Assembly: GCF_009914755.1 (NCBI RefSeq)
Contig: NC_060946.1
DNA: 64,000 bases
Source: the human T2T-CHM13v2.0 reference genome, Homo sapiens
Reading direction: 5' to 3' (one strand)
The position numbers were made by a program, and so were the translations under genes. Below are positions 16,015-33,213 of this stretch, piece by piece; position 1 is the first letter of the stretch, and every line of letters starts with the position of its first letter. The notes beneath the pieces were generated by a model, which worked only from the letters and a program-made list of their open reading frames with translations, did no database searches and had not been told where the DNA came from.

Positions 16015-17708
16015 AAGTGACATTACTTCTGCAGAACAAATTTGCTGTTCTTCATGGGTCTTGCATATGCTAATAAAACATTCGGCTTAAAAGAAAAATA
16101 GGAAAGGCAAATGGGAGTCAAAAGACTCTTCTAAGATGAGTGGTTATTAAGAAATGAAATAAAATGAAAATTGATGGGGTTAAAACAAACGTCTTTACAA
16201 CACTATCAAAGGTTATAATAGCTTTGATAGTGGCTATTATATATAGCTTGGCTATAATAGTCCTCTAAAGACAAACCAGGTTACAATTCCCTTCCTGATG
16301 TTTTTAGTTGATGCCCTAATGGAATAGGTTTCTTTTTCTGTTCTGACACACAAGTTCTCTTCTGATTGTCAAATTATTGGCTAAAGGGAGCCCCTGCTGG
16401 TCCCCAACATTATAAAGCCCGACACCAGTTTTTAGTTTTCTGCTTTCTGCATTTGCTCCAGATTGGAGAAATTTAAGAAAAATCAAAAGACACGGAGTTA
16501 AAATGAGAGAGCTGACATTGCCTGGGGCAATGTTGAGGCAAATTACGATAATGATTGACAAAAGGGCCTGAGGCCCTTCACCCAGCCCCCCTGCTGGAAA
16601 CCCAGATTCACTCTCACCAGGGAAGATAAAACGGTCTGGGATAGAGAAGAAATGTTCCTAGAACAAGAACGTAAAAATATAAGGGACCTGAAGCTATCCC
16701 TGCAGTAATGGAAATAATGATGCCCAAAAGAGTTCCATGAGAAAACAAATGGTTTACGTAAGATCTTGCTTCCTGGAAAATGCAAGGAGAAGATACTTGC
16801 AAGCAGGGAGCTTCTTTTCCCCCTTAGAATTAACACTGCATGAGGAGCTGCTAGATTCTACAGTGCTTGATAAATAGCTCTTCCCTGACTGACAAAGAGC
16901 TGCTTAGTTTGCGGATGGCCGTTCCTAGGTGAACAACTGACATCCTATTTGGAAGGCTGCTACTCTGATTGTGAAGTATACTTTTATGAACAGAATTTAC
17001 CTTTCTTGCTACCTGAGTTCCCCTAAATTCGGTAACTATTCATGAGTATCCTTATTTTATGGCAATATACTTGTTTGCATAAGTTCGGTTAAGAGGACAC
17101 AATTGGAGACACTGGTTATTTTACCAAGGCTTTGACTAAATAATATATTTTTAGGAGTCCCAGCAAAGCCAACTTGAAAAGAGCCTATGTGGCCAATCAA
17201 TTCTTGTTGAACTTTATGCACATAATTAGGCCAAGTATAAGCCTAAAACTTAACTTACACACAAATTGGCCTTACCATGATTTCTCTTTAGTGGAAAAAC
17301 AGGGCTAGAGAGAGAAAAATTATGTTTCAAAAGGAAAACTATTCACACACCTGTTACTAGATTGCAGCCCTGACCTTTGTTTCTGAGCACAGATTAAATC
17401 ATGAATTATTTCTTGGCTATAACAGTCCTCTAAAGACAAACAAGGTTATGATTTTCTTTATGTTTTTAGTTGGCATTCTAATGGAAGAGGGTTATTTTTC
17501 TGTTCTGACACACAAATTCTTTTTTGATGGTCAAATTATTGTTATTTAGCTCACATAGCTTTACTTCTTCTGAGGAAACCAGAATTATGGTATTCTGAAG
17601 GCTAGAGACAATTTGACAAAGCCTGTGAATCTCCCTCATTTGAGATCCTGCTGGGCCCGATGTGTTTTTCACTGCCAATGCCCTGCTGCTAAAACTATAC
17701 AAGCACCT

Positions 17709-18342
<634 letters not shown>

Positions 18343-19391
18343 TTATTCCTGTCTGGCTCAGAACATTTAAATTATGTCTTTTAGCTCTAAGTCTCTTGGC
18401 TGTAGGAGTCCCACTTAGAGACAGAAGGGACCCATGGCAGGCAGCCACACCACCCCAGCAATGCTGTGGGACGAAATAAAAGTTTGGTGGCTTGCTGTTT
18501 TCTCTGGGAAATCTTGGCCAGAAGGAGGAGAATGTAAACCAAAAATAAAATTCTAAGCCCTACAACTTACTGATGGACACCCCTCTTAACCAAGGGCATT
18601 CCAAAGTAAACCTGAAAAGCTAGTTGAGGCCATGGTGGGAAGTAGAGGTCAGACATGCTTCATTATTCCCTCCTCTTTTTGGAATTCGAGCATAACTAAC
18701 CAGCATTAACATTAAAACAGAGATCTTAAGACTGACAATACAGACTTCTTGTAGCAATAAGACATCAAATTCCTGGCTGACTCTAGTATAGCATCACATG
18801 ACAGATGGCAGGCCCTGAAATAAAGTATGTTAGCCCCAAACATGCTTCTTTGACATATTTTGAAATGGCCCTGCAAAGCTGTCTCTTCTGAGGGAAATCT
18901 ACATTCTGTAGAAAGTCCCCTTCCCTTGCCAGGTCTTTTCTGTGACCCAAGAGAATTAACTAAGAGTCTGGCACCTTTTAGGTCTGATAAGAGCTCTGAA
19001 GTCTTCATCTACATGACAAAACCTTGGTCACCACAATACCTTATTTTAACCCAGACATTCCTTTCTATTGATTCTAGGTCTTTAGGTAATAACTCTTTAA
19101 CCAATTGCCAATCAGGAAATCTTTAAATCCACCTATGACCTGGAGCCCCTCCACCTTCCCTGCTTTGAGTTGTCCCGCCTTTTTGAACTGAACCAATGTA
19201 CATCTTACATATATGGATTGATATCTTATGTCCCCCTAAAATATATAAGACCAAGCTGTAGCCCCACCACCTTGGGCACATGTTCTCAGGATCTCCTGGG
19301 GCTGTGTCATGAGCCATTGGTCACGCATATTTGGTTCAGAATAAATCTTTTCAAATATTTTGCAGAGTTTGACCCTTTTCATCAACACCAT

Positions 19392-19416
19392 GTTTTGCAA
19401 GAGAGTCATTGAGCAG
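19392..19416 (+). pseudogene. SGLT-like exon 12, 3' part
   Basis: G TTT TGC AAG AGA GTC ATT GAG CAG = (V)FCKRVIEQ vs SGLT1 IFWKRVNEP, then donor gtgggt (phase 0); in frame with 10296 once the provirus and one TSD copy are removed. Confidence 0.85.
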
Positions 19417-20854
19417 GTGGGTGTTGGCATGGCCACCGCATGGACCAGGGTGATGGGTTGCCTTCACATTGTAGTTGTCTTTGCAAGTGTTGCCCTAGAA
19501 GGTTCTATTTCACCTCATGGGTTTACACCCTGGCATCATTTGCTTTCTGAGACATGATTGTCTCCAGGCCAGGGTTGATCCAAGCTCCTTCTTGCTCATG
19601 GAGGCAGAGAGCTCTTATTTGTTTTCCTCCCTTTGTAGTGTAATCTGCTTTTAGCCATGCCATAGATTATGCAAAATTGTAAATGGTTCTCTCTCACACA
19701 ATTTGGCTGTAGGAAAATATTATTCTGTGGCCTCTGTACACGGACGCGTCATGCTTAGAGATTTCATGCCCACAGGGTATGCATAGCAGTGGGCTCCTTC
19801 CACCTTCCCTGCAATGAGGAGGTAATTATTTGACCATCTCTTTCAGCCACACTTAACACCAAAGATCCCAACTAATGGCTCGATATTTTATCAATAAGAC
19901 TGAAAGTGTAGCTTGTCAGATATTTTCTTTCTTTTTATTTTTGAGTCTTGTATTAAATCTTGTTTCCCCTAACAGCACTGCATAGCTGGGCATCGCAAAA
20001 GCACAGCACCGGAGGCTCTGTGATCTGGTCCTGCCTGCCTCTCTGGCCTCACTCTCTGCATGCACAGCCCTAGGTCCCAGCCACTCCAAACGCTCACAGT
20101 GCTGATTACTGAATTGTCGTGTACCTTCTCTGGCCTTTCTTCATTGGCAGAGACTGTTTTCTTTGCCAGAAATATTTTTTTACTCCTCCACCTGGCCAGC
20201 GCTTCCTCCCTTGAGTTCAGTCCTCTAAACCAACCTGCCAGTGCTCCCTGCACCACCCAACTTAACAGGACTCAGCTTAGCACCATGCATGTGGAAGGAG
20301 AGCACTAGGCTTCAGGGATGCCAGAGCTGCCTCTCTTTGCTCTCCCTGGGAAGGGCATGAGCAAGAGGGCAGGCAGTAATGGGACTCTGCCTCCCACCTG
20401 GGATGCCAGCCTCAGGGTATTGGAACCTATCACCACAGAAAACTGGAGGATCCAGTCAGTGGCTCTCCTGCTACCCATGGTCTGAAGTTGCGGGCACATT
20501 GCACATACTTTCCTGGATTAGAGAACTCTCCAAGCCCTCCCTCCTGCCCTGCTTCAGAGAGCATGCCAATTTGGCTTCTGCCCATCTCCAGCAATGGTTC
20601 CTGTGGATCCTCTGCCTAGCAACAGGATTTACCAATGGATCAGTGGCAGGGCAGAATAGAAAGGAACCAGGGATGGCTCCCAGAGGATGTTTTACCTTAA
20701 GCAACCAGAGAGATGAAGGTGCCACATAGACAGATGGAAAACTGTTATTTAGGACACATTTGGAACTCAGCTAGTCAGGGGAGCAAGGATGAAAATGGTT
20801 TGTCTCATCACCCACCTTCCTGCCAGGTGACTCCGGTGGGCTCCTCTTTGGTAG

Positions 20855-21070
20855 GGTGCCTTCTGGAGGCTGACTTGTGGGATGGTGATTGGCTTCTTTC
20901 AATTGGGGGTCCATCGGGCCTATAGCCCCTCGAGCTGCATGGAGAACAGCAACGGCCCTTTGCTCATCTGCAGCTTACAGCACTGTCTCCACTTCATCTT
21001 GATGCTGCTCCTGGTCAGTCTCAGCATGCTAGGGATCTCCTTACTCACAGACCCAACTCCTGATAACCAA
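20855..21070 (+). pseudogene. SGLT-like exon 13 (216 nt, open, intact AG/GT)
   Basis: GAFWRLTCGMVIGFFQLGVHRAYSPSSCMENSNGPLLICSLQHCLHFILMLLLVSLSMLGISLLTDPTPDNQ, 72 aa, the same length as SGLT1 GAFWGLILG...GSCMEPSNCPTIICG...ISLLTKPIPDVH; 'ctctttggtag|' and '|gtaatt'. Confidence 0.92.
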
Positions 21071-21111
21071 GTAATTGCTACTAGGTAGGGTGCTCTGGGG
21101 TGGACCCTAAT

Positions 21112-21488
<377 letters not shown>

Positions 21489-21878
21489 TCACCTAATGCT
21501 CTGCAGTGATCTGTCAATTAGGTGTTCATTTAGATAGAGAAGTTTGGCTTTTAAAATGCAAATTTTCTTTGGAAGTATTAAGTTCACCAACCTCAGTATG
21601 CATTAATGCAATCAGGGCAATCCCAGCTGCTACCCACCCAGGGGGAATTAAGCCAATGGCAAGGGGGAGGGGTGGTGTTGTGGGCAGCTGCCTACAGCCT
21701 TCTCCTCATGAGCCATTTCTTACCTCCCAGGAGGCAGGTGTCAGTCACCCCTGTTTTGAATATTTATTACAAAGTCTGGGTTCAGAGAAATTAAGTAATT
21801 TCTCCAAGGTAACAAAACTACTAAGTGTCAGGCCTGGGCCCCAACCTGGCTCCAGAACTCATGCTGGCTCCACCAGGT

Positions 21879-22572
21879 TGTTATAAGTTTAGATAAGTGT
21901 GAACAGGGCAGGAGAGGGCTCTCCCCTACCCACTAGAAATGTCAGGTGATGGTTCAGCAGTTATCACATTGCCTCTCTAAAAATGATAACGCAACAGCAC
22001 CAGAGAGAGGCCATTTCCTGATGTTCCACACCTGTTAACAGCAAAATGTTAATTGAATGCAGGCCCCAGGGAGAAGCAACTTCCTGGGCATGCAAGTTAG
22101 GAGACAAAAATGGTGAAGTATGATCTTCCGGGGGCACACGCCACTGGAAAAAGAAAGAAAGCCTCAGACGGGCGTGCATATAACTCCCTAAACACAGTGC
22201 GCATGCTCAATTCCAAAGGCTAAGGAAAGCACTGCGCATGCGGAAAGCCCGCCCGAAGGGCAGAATCATGGGAAAGAGGCAAGCTCATAAAAGTCCTAGG
22301 ATCATGGTTAAATGGGGCACTTGACCTTCTCTCTTTAACCTTCACATGTCCTCCTGGGTCTCTTCCAAGCACCCCTTCCTTTCTTTCCTGTTCTAAGGCC
22401 TTTTAAAATAAACTTCCACTCCTGTTCTGGAACTTGCCTCAGTCTCTCTTTCTGCTTTATGTCTCTCAGTCAAATCCTTTCTTCTGAGAAGGCAAAGACT
22501 GAAGTTGCTACAGACCCATATGGATAGGCCACCAGTAACTTGGGGTAACTCGGATCCCTTCCATCGGTAACA
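21879..22572 (+). mobile_element. ERV1 solo LTR, MER50-like
   Basis: TG...'cggtaaca' ends; AATAAA near 22407; flanks AGGT/AAGT; family from memory. Confidence 0.7.
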
Positions 22573-23182
22573 AAGTCACCCACTTTGCCAACTTAGCAGG
22601 ACAGGGACTTGGCCCCAACAGAAAGCAGCAGGAGAGAGGGTCCTGAGGGTTCAGCCAGCAAGCAACAGGGTCTGAGGTTCAGGGAGGACCGCAGAAGGGA
22701 CTGGGGACAGAAGACCTGTACCTTTCTACCAGCTTCACCCAGGGTCTGGATAAAAACTGGCACTTGGAAGACTGCAAGCCCCAGGGTCCCCCAGCTCCAT
22801 CGTGGGGATTTTCCCTCTGGCCACCCCATTTTTCTGCTCAGCATTTTCCATTTGGTTCATTCCTCTCTTGCACACATAGCCCTGCTGGAAGAGGGGCAAA
22901 GCACATGGGGAAAGGAGCTGGCTGCTCACACCCCACGTGATTGCCACCTGCATCAGTGACACACATGGGAGACTTCCCTGCTCCTGGCACTTTGAGAAGC
23001 TGGGGGTGGGTGACTTTCTATTTCCTGTTGCTCAGGGTCTCATCCGTTTTCTGTATTCTTTTCTGCTGTTCTCTTACTCTCAACTTCTTGATGTTGCTCA
23101 CTTCTTGTTTAGTCAGCCACACATTTTTTTGAGTGTTTCCTACCTGCCTGGCTCTAGAGAACACAAAGAAAGTAGCTGCTGA

Positions 23183-23546
<364 letters not shown>

Positions 23547-24647
23547 TTATGGGTCAGTGACAACGTGCCAGGCCCTGGTCCACTGTGCATGGCACCTCTG
23601 CTCACCACTGTCAGGGAAGGATGACTCTGTCCCCGACTCAACGCAAGCTCAGAAGCCCACAGGCACTGTGCAACCCTTGGCCCTGGCTCTTCCAGTGACC
23701 TCATCCACAGGAAGCTGATTGTGTCCTTGAGAAGGCAAAATGTGCACATATGGCATCACCAGGAAGCAATTAAAGGCTAAGCTGAGTCTCTGTCATCAAC
23801 ACAGCAGAATCTGAGTCCCAGAATTCTAGTCTGAGAGGTGGGGCTCAGGCTGGGGAGGCAGCACAGCCCAGCAGGGCTCCTAAACATCCCTACCATGGTT
23901 TAGCAGGAGAGAGTGTGGGCCAGAGCTTCAAATACCCTCCGCTGAGGCTGGGGTAACAGGTTCCAATGTATCTACTCTCCTGATCCCAGCCCTTAAAACA
24001 AAACAAAACCACAACAATCAGCTGGGTTTTGTTACTTCCCCAAGTTCACAGATATGTTTTTAGGAAGAGGAAAAAATGACAGACCAGAAGGGAAAGGGAG
24101 TGCCCCCCTTAGGGTCCGCAAAGGTGCAGCTGAACTAGGCCCTAGGCCCAGGTGCTGGCTCTTCTGGACTGAGCTAGCACCGTCTCTGATGCCCATAGAG
24201 GGCTCTGGAATGAAAGCAGCTCTGGGGCTGCCCTGTCCTGTGCATCCACATGACAGAGCTTCTCCCAGCACCACCATCAGAAGTAGACCCCAGCGTGATG
24301 GGCAGCTGCTTCCCATATGAAGAGGTTCACATTCCTGCACCCTCAGACGGGGAAAGAGCTCTGAGCTTATTGCCTCCAACTCCTGCCTCACAGCTGAGGG
24401 ACACTGAGCCCCACAGCAGTGTGTCACCCTTTGCCAAGGTCACACACCACAGGGTGCCAGAGCCAGAACAAACTCCAGGGTCCTGATTCCTACACTTTCC
24501 CATCCACATTCCATCTTGTGTTGGAGTCTAACAACCAGATCTCTTTTCAGTCCTTTGAGATCCTGGTGTCCAGCTGTGGGCCAAGGTACTGTGTGGTCTT
24601 CATGGCAGGGTCCCAGGTGGTGACGCACCCCTCTCCTCCCTCCATGG

Positions 24648-24750
24648 CTCCACCAGCTCTGTTGGAGTTTGTGCATCAGCCAAGAGGAAACGGTAGATCA
24701 GGATGCAGAGACACAGGGGAGCAGAATCCCCATCCCCGCAGCACAGCCAG
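24648..24750 (+). pseudogene. SGLT-like exon 14 (103 nt; both splice sites mutated)
   Basis: LHQLCWSLCISQEETVDQDAETQGSRIPIPAAQP vs SGLT1 [26 protein letters not shown]; pyrimidine tract ends 'ccatgg' instead of AG; donor 'atgaga' instead of GT; phase 0 to 1. Confidence 0.85.
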
Positions 24751-26176
24751 ATGAGAGGAGGTTCCAAAGTCCTGTGTGCAGTACTCAGCACCCCTTGGCC
24801 CCACACTCTGCACCCTCAGAAATGTCCCTCCAGGCAGGGGCCCAGGCATTCACTTGTCCTGAGACACCTCATGGGGGTGTTCAGGGCAAGTGGAGGCACC
24901 TATGAGACAGCCAGGTGGAACCATCTGGGCTGGTGGGACGGGCATGGGAGAGGACAGAAAATGCACTGGTAGGCTCCCAGAGGTGCATATAAGGGAAACA
25001 CAAGGGGTACGAGGGCCACCCCATGGGAAGTGGAAGAGACAGTGCAGGGGCAGAAAAGCAGAAGTACTTTGTTTCCTGGAAATGTTTTAGGGAGGGGGAG
25101 GTGGTGAGGATCCATTGAGGGAAATGCTGATGGCTGAAGAAAGATGAGGCCTGATGACTGGTAGTTGGGTTCCTACACATGGAGACCACGTTGTGCCCCA
25201 CAGGAGCAATCTGGTGGTGTGGTGTCGGGGAGGGTGGAGGAATTGGGTTACAGAGCCTGTGCAGGGATTTGGAACCAGAGGGCTCCTCAGAACGGGAGAA
25301 GGAGATGGTCTGTAAGGACCTGTTCGACTCCAGTGAGGGTATGAGGGACAGTGAGGGAGGAAAGCAGTCCCACATAGGAGGACGCCCAGAGTGGGGAAGC
25401 AGGTCTTGGGGAGAGCTAGGTTTCAGTCCGAGCGAGAAGGGAGAGGATGTTCCAGGAACAGGCTGAGACCCTGGGGCCTCCAGAAGGCTTGAAAGAAAGG
25501 TTTCAGCAGATGGGGTCAGAAAAGGAGTGTTCAGGGCCATAGGGGGAGGGTGACCTGAGCTTCTTGCAGTCCCTGACGCAAACAGGGATAAAGGACATAA
25601 TGAGATTAGTCCTGAATCTGAGGCAGAGAGTGATGAGGAGGCTGTGAGTTTGCGGGAGGGAGGGGAGGGCCTGGCTGGGAGAAGGCTGGGTTCTAGGTTC
25701 CCTATAGTCCTGCCAGAGAAAGTCAGAGCCCAGAGAGTCAATGGCTCCCTCCTGACACCTGCACAGGGAAGTGTACACCTGGCCAGGGTGGGTGCTCTGT
25801 AGACTGCTGTGGGGTGAGGGAGCAGCTTCTCCTGGGCATAGGACTCAAGGCACCTGCAGGATGCAGGGCTCCAGGCTCCCTCAGTGCCTGCTGATGGCTC
25901 TCCTCTGAGAGGGGGTAAACTGGCTTCCTGGGTACCCACAATGTACAAGGCACTTGTTCTCAGTAGGATGCACCAGGAACTGTCAGAAGTATACCTATAT
26001 GTGACAGGCATGATTACTACCCCGATTTTAGAGCTAGGGAAACTGAGGCACTGAGCAGTTAATCAATTTGCCCCAGGCCCAATAGATAAACAATCAGTGT
26101 AGAGCTGGGGTCTCAACACAGCAGGCTCCCTCCACAGTGTGGGCTCCAAGCCACACTGGCTGTCCTGCTGCCATCA

Positions 26177-26269
<93 letters not shown>

Positions 26270-26303
26270 TCACGAGGTCAGAAGATGGAGACCATCCTGG
26301 CTA

Positions 26304-26506
<203 letters not shown>

Positions 26507-27413
26507 TCAGCCAAATTAAATTTAACAGACTTTAATTGAGCAAAGAATGATTTGTGAATCAGGCAGCCTTCTGAGCCAGAGTAGGTTTAGAGAAACTCCA
26601 GTGCAGCCACTTGATGGAAGAAGATTTATGGACAGAGAAAGGAAAGTGACACAGAAAACAAAAGTGAGGCACAGAAATAGCCGGATTGGTTACAGCCCAG
26701 CATTTGCCTTATTTGAACATGGTTTGAACAGTTGGCCCTCTTTGATTGGCCAAAACTCACTGATCCGCACCAGAGTAGGTTACAGTCTGTTTATACCTCC
26801 ATTTAAGTTATAGTTCACTATGTACAGGGAAACTATGAGGGCAAACTTAAAAATATGTTAGGAGGAAGCTTTAGACTAAATTTGATGTAATGATTCCCCT
26901 CTTTCGGTCATGCTCTCAATTTTGATAGATTGACCAAAACTGTAGTCATTGATGTCACTATCGCCATTGTAAACATACTTATTTGGTCTCAAAACCTACG
27001 GAAATAGCAGAAGAGTGGATTTTGTAAGGCGAGAACAAGGACATCAGGTTATTTTTTTTGTAAGGGTTAGAGTAGAGAGTACCTCCTCATGCTGGAATGT
27101 CCAGTTTACAGGAGAAAAACAAAACCTGGTCTGTTCTAGGATATATTTGTATCTTTAAAGTCTTAGTTTGATTATATCAAGTTTACCATAAGTGACTCCA
27201 TTTTGGTTTGATCTGATCTGTTGGGGTTAGTACAGGAGCTCAGTCTAAAACAATGGTCTTTCATAATCTCGTTTAAGAATTCCTCCCTTTTGGTCACATT
27301 CTCACATAGGTGAGAGTCTGACCAAAACTTACAGCCTTAGCACCACTCTCAGTTACCATCATTTTGGGTTTCCAGTCTCAACCCATCATTCATAGGTTAC
27401 AGTGCCCTCATGG

Positions 27414-28330
<917 letters not shown>

Positions 28331-30925
28331 TGCATCAATAGGTTAAGAGGAGTGAATGAATATTCTGCTTCTGACTGCTTATGAAGCAACACATGTGCCA
28401 CTAAAATTTCTTACCTACATTGGCCTTTTATCTTCCATCTATCAAGACATAAGTTTGTCCATGTATAAGGCTAGCTGTAAAATTCTTCATTTAAAAGTAT
28501 ACCCCATGCGTGCACACAAAAGACCCCCTTTTCACTCCTATTGTTTGCGGAGGCATAAGCAAGGAAAAAATTGAAAGATAAGAGTCTCATGTTAGCAGAG
28601 AAGTCTTGATTCATGATCTTGGAAAAAAGCTGTCCTCATCAAGGATGCTGTCTACTTCTGGGGAGAAACTTCCCTGGTTAGCTTTACCTAAGGTTTCCAA
28701 TGGATGTACAGTTCCAAGAGTCTGGAGGGGCCCTTATGAGTTGTGAGATTAAAAACCCAAGATTCAAGATCTGGAAGTTTTGCTGTAGTGTGGATGGCAA
28801 GTGCAGTCTTTCTCCAATTTTCTCAGAAAATTCAATCTTCAGGTTCTAGATTGTGAAGATGTTGATTGTCCTGTCAGTGGACCATGAAAAGCTTTCTTTA
28901 CCTGAAAATACACTTTGGCATAATGACCTACTGTTATATCAGCCCTCTTGCATGCACGAAAAGTTTTTATACGACCAGAAAACATGCACTGGAAATGACA
29001 ATGGAATGAAATCCCTCTATAAAAATTTAAATGACTCTCCATGTAGCAAAAATGTACCTGAAGTTTTTATTATCTTTCCAGGAATGTGGGTTTGACAAAC
29101 TAAATATTGGTCATAAACTATTTTAGCAATTTAGAACAGTCATCACATACACATATATATATTTAATTTGAATCATTTTATCTCTTTCACGATTAGTCAT
29201 GGAATGCAAAGCTTTTAATAACAAAAGCTTTAAGGACTCAGGAAGGATGAGGTGGGCATCCAGGTTCTCCATGAGTCCACACTTAACACTGAACTTACGT
29301 CCTCTTACATACCAGCTGTTTCTCCAGTGTAGGTGCATAGCACTGATAACTGATAGGTTATCATAGGTAATTTGACCTGGACCATGGAATTCATTTGAAC
29401 TGCGTATCTAAACAATTAATTGATTTAGCATAAAAATCTGGCAAAGTACCTTCTTGGTATTCAATTTTTTTCCTGCTTGGGTAGCAGTTTTATAAACCAG
29501 TCAGTCTCTTTATTAGAGTTCAGGAATTCTTACCCAGTCCAAATGATTTGATCTGAAAGTTATCAGAAACCTGTATTCGAGAGTGTTTGTCAGGGTCCTT
29601 TTCATCCCTTCATGAAACTCCTTAAAGACACCATATTCTAAGACTTTGTGTGCTTGTGAAGTTTTCAGAAACTGCATCAGAATTAAGCAATTAACTGTGG
29701 AAATAACTTAAAATGGTCATAGTTAAAGAGACAATTTACAAGGAAATTTGGTTATTTCTGTGGCTTATAATAATTTAACGTAATAACCATAATTATGACT
29801 GATAGCATACACCCAAACATTAGAATTCTATAAACGCCATATAATTTTGGAATATATATTAATAACATAGTCACTAAAATATAACTTGAAGAAGGTTAAA
29901 CATTATTTCTTATTTGACAATGCCTCCCATGTAGTTTAACATGTCAAATAATTCTATTTATCTTTCTTTTGGATGCTTCAGGAGCCTTTTTTATCATCCA
30001 AAAGTTAAAGATAAAAAATACTTAATTTTGAAGGTGAAATTTGATTTTGGGAAGCCTGTAAAATATGTCAAAGGTTTAAAACATGTAACCAAATAAGATC
30101 ACAGGCTACCATAAAATAATAGTCATTTATTTAGCCAAAGTGATAATTAAAAGATTTTTTTAAACCCAAAACCTACACTCTTTGATAGAGGATACTCAGT
30201 TTTCCAAACAGTCAAGAGACCTGAGAAAGACCCCATGAGATAGAATCTGTCTCTTCTCTTCTCTCTTTTTTTCCTTTTTGCTGTTTACTTAAAAGATGAA
30301 CATAAATATTTTACTATGCCTTATTGATACTACACAATATTTTTGTTCAAAAGAGAAAACCAAATTTTACTTTTGTATTAGTGTATTATCAACACTAAAG
30401 CTAATTTTTATAAAATCTTATAAAAATTTATCAAATCTGTCATTTTTAACTACACAAGATTTTCATAAGCCTTTTGCTTTACGTTTTCTCCCCAACTTTC
30501 TATGTTTATCTGGTTTTATCTATTTTTTACTCCTCAATTTGAAATCTTTAGTAACTTCAAACTAAAAATTTTTAACAAACACATTTTTATGCCTTTAAAA
30601 CTTCCTAATCAAGGCATAACTTACTTTTGTTTAGATAGTCTTTATACAGAATTGTTTCTCTCATATCTAGTATTTTTAATTACATATATTAACTATAATT
30701 TTAACTCTTAATAACCCTAATTTCTAGTGAAAACCACTCCAACCAAAAAGTAATTTTGAACTGTTTTATATTAGTATTTGTAGAAAAAATTACAATTTTT
30801 TAGAAAGATGTTTCTTCAAATTACTGTTTATTAACAGATCTAAATATGTTTGGCTTTTCTATACCATGTTAATAAAAATGTCAAGGTATATAGGCTTAAA
30901 CTCTTGTTTAATAATTAATATTTCA

Positions 30926-31229
<304 letters not shown>

Positions 31230-31355
31230 TCAGTATTTTAAGTAATAAATGACTCAGACATTTTGTGATTATCTGTTACTTTGGCATAACATGACTTTAA
31301 GATTTTTAATTACTAAAAAGAATTTTGAAACTATAACCCAAGTACCATCCCTAAT

Positions 31356-31616
31356 TGTTGTAGAACTCTTAGTTCAGCTAAAGATGGGGGTCCTTGTCAC
31401 ACGGCCACAAAAAAATTAGGCTCATAGACAATTTGAAGGATGAGGATGGCAGGGTTTATTGAGTGAAAAGGAAAAAAGATAAACAGGGATTCTCCACAAA
31501 GCCAGAGTTCTGCTAGTGTGCTTCCCACCTCACAAACTGAATCCCAGGTACCACCCAGGAAGAGGAGGGGCCAGGCTCCTCCCCACTGCAAATGGCACGA
31601 ACTTCTGTGGCTCTCA
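31356..31616 (-). mobile_element. Short, internally deleted ERV1 LTR (MER61-like)
   Basis: TG...CA ends; flanks TAAT/TAAC; minus strand has aataaa and 'gtgtgacaaggacc...ttagctgaactaa...ctacaaca'. Confidence 0.6.
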
Positions 31617-33003
31617 TAACATCTCCCCCAGGTCATCTGGGGTCTCAAGTAACCATGTAGTACCAAGGAGGACTATGAAGGTCAGGGCCTGTCTGAGTCC
31701 TGAATTTACATACCAGGTGTAGAGGCCAGGACAGAAGACAGCTGTAAAGACTGTGCCTAGAGGATCCAACCCCTTTCCAAAATAGCCAGTAGGCAAGTAG
31801 GGAAAGCAGGGAAGAAGGGTCACATTTGGCTTGATTCTGACTTGTAGCTGCTGGTCTAGGAACTGAGAACATGTCTCCAGACCTCATCATGGACACTTAT
31901 TCACATCCCTAAATCCAGAGGCTCTAAACCAAAAAAAAACATAAGTTCACAGTCAAGTCAAGCAGGTATCTAATTATATTTAACTGATAATTGTGAACTC
32001 ATTCCTGTTTCGCCAAAAATAAACCAGCTTTATTTATCAAATATTATCACATACACATAACACATATAGACATACAAACACACAAAGGCAGATCTTATAG
32101 CTTCCATAAAGGATTTTTATTTGACAGATTTCAAATAGTTTTTCTTTCCCCCATACAGACTATAAATCTTCCAGTTATCTGTTTCACTGCCCTAAGCAAT
32201 TGTTAACTAGGCAACAAATTTGCATTTCTAAAGGGACAGCTCTTACATGAAACAAAAAAAAATTATATTTCATAAGCACAGAGCTAAGATTTTAGGCATA
32301 AATATTGTATCATCATTTGCTCAAATCAAGGGAAAAAATGGTACATAAGTGAAAGTTGATCAAGATAAAGTGGCCAGAAAAGCACCTTAAGCAAAGGCAT
32401 GACTTATTATGTAAATTTAAAACAACGGCAAGAGTTTCTATTGTACATAGGCAGACTCCCTTACAAATGGAGGTTTCCTTTATAGATGTAAATTTCTTTT
32501 ACAAAAGGCTTTTAAGATTGCCACTTCAATTCCAGAAAGGTGTATTTTAGTTCAGTTGGTGTTCTTTTTAACTTATCTACTGTTTCTTAGCTAAAATTAC
32601 TAAATTCAGGGTGGAGCCTCTTAAGGAATAGGGCAAAGAGAGCATTCTGTATGCCTGGACTTAGCATGAATAGATCTGAAAAAGAAGCAAGGCTATTTTA
32701 ACTGAGGGTCTACCTTTTATAAATACTTTATCTAGGATATCTTTCATTTCACCTTTGGGGCAGCATAGCAACTAAGCCAAAAGGTTAGCAGATTTAATTT
32801 TTCGTATCTATTAGTAACTTAAGCTTTTTATTTGCCTTTTTAAAAGTCTTTAAATAAAAATATTGCAATCTTTTTAGAAGCTTCTGCATATCAATAGACA
32901 TCCCTAGATGAGACTATATTGGGAGACCTCATTTTCAAATGCACTTCTTCAAGTGCAGGGTTGTTCATTTGGAACATTTCACTGTAACTTTAAATTATCT
33001 TTA

Positions 33004-33213
<210 letters not shown>

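Noticed and set aside
24881-26011. 376-aa minus-strand ORF, the longest in the window
   Set aside because: Ser/Pro/Leu-rich translation of a pyrimidine-rich strand with no recognisable domain or exon structure; best explained by stop-codon scarcity.
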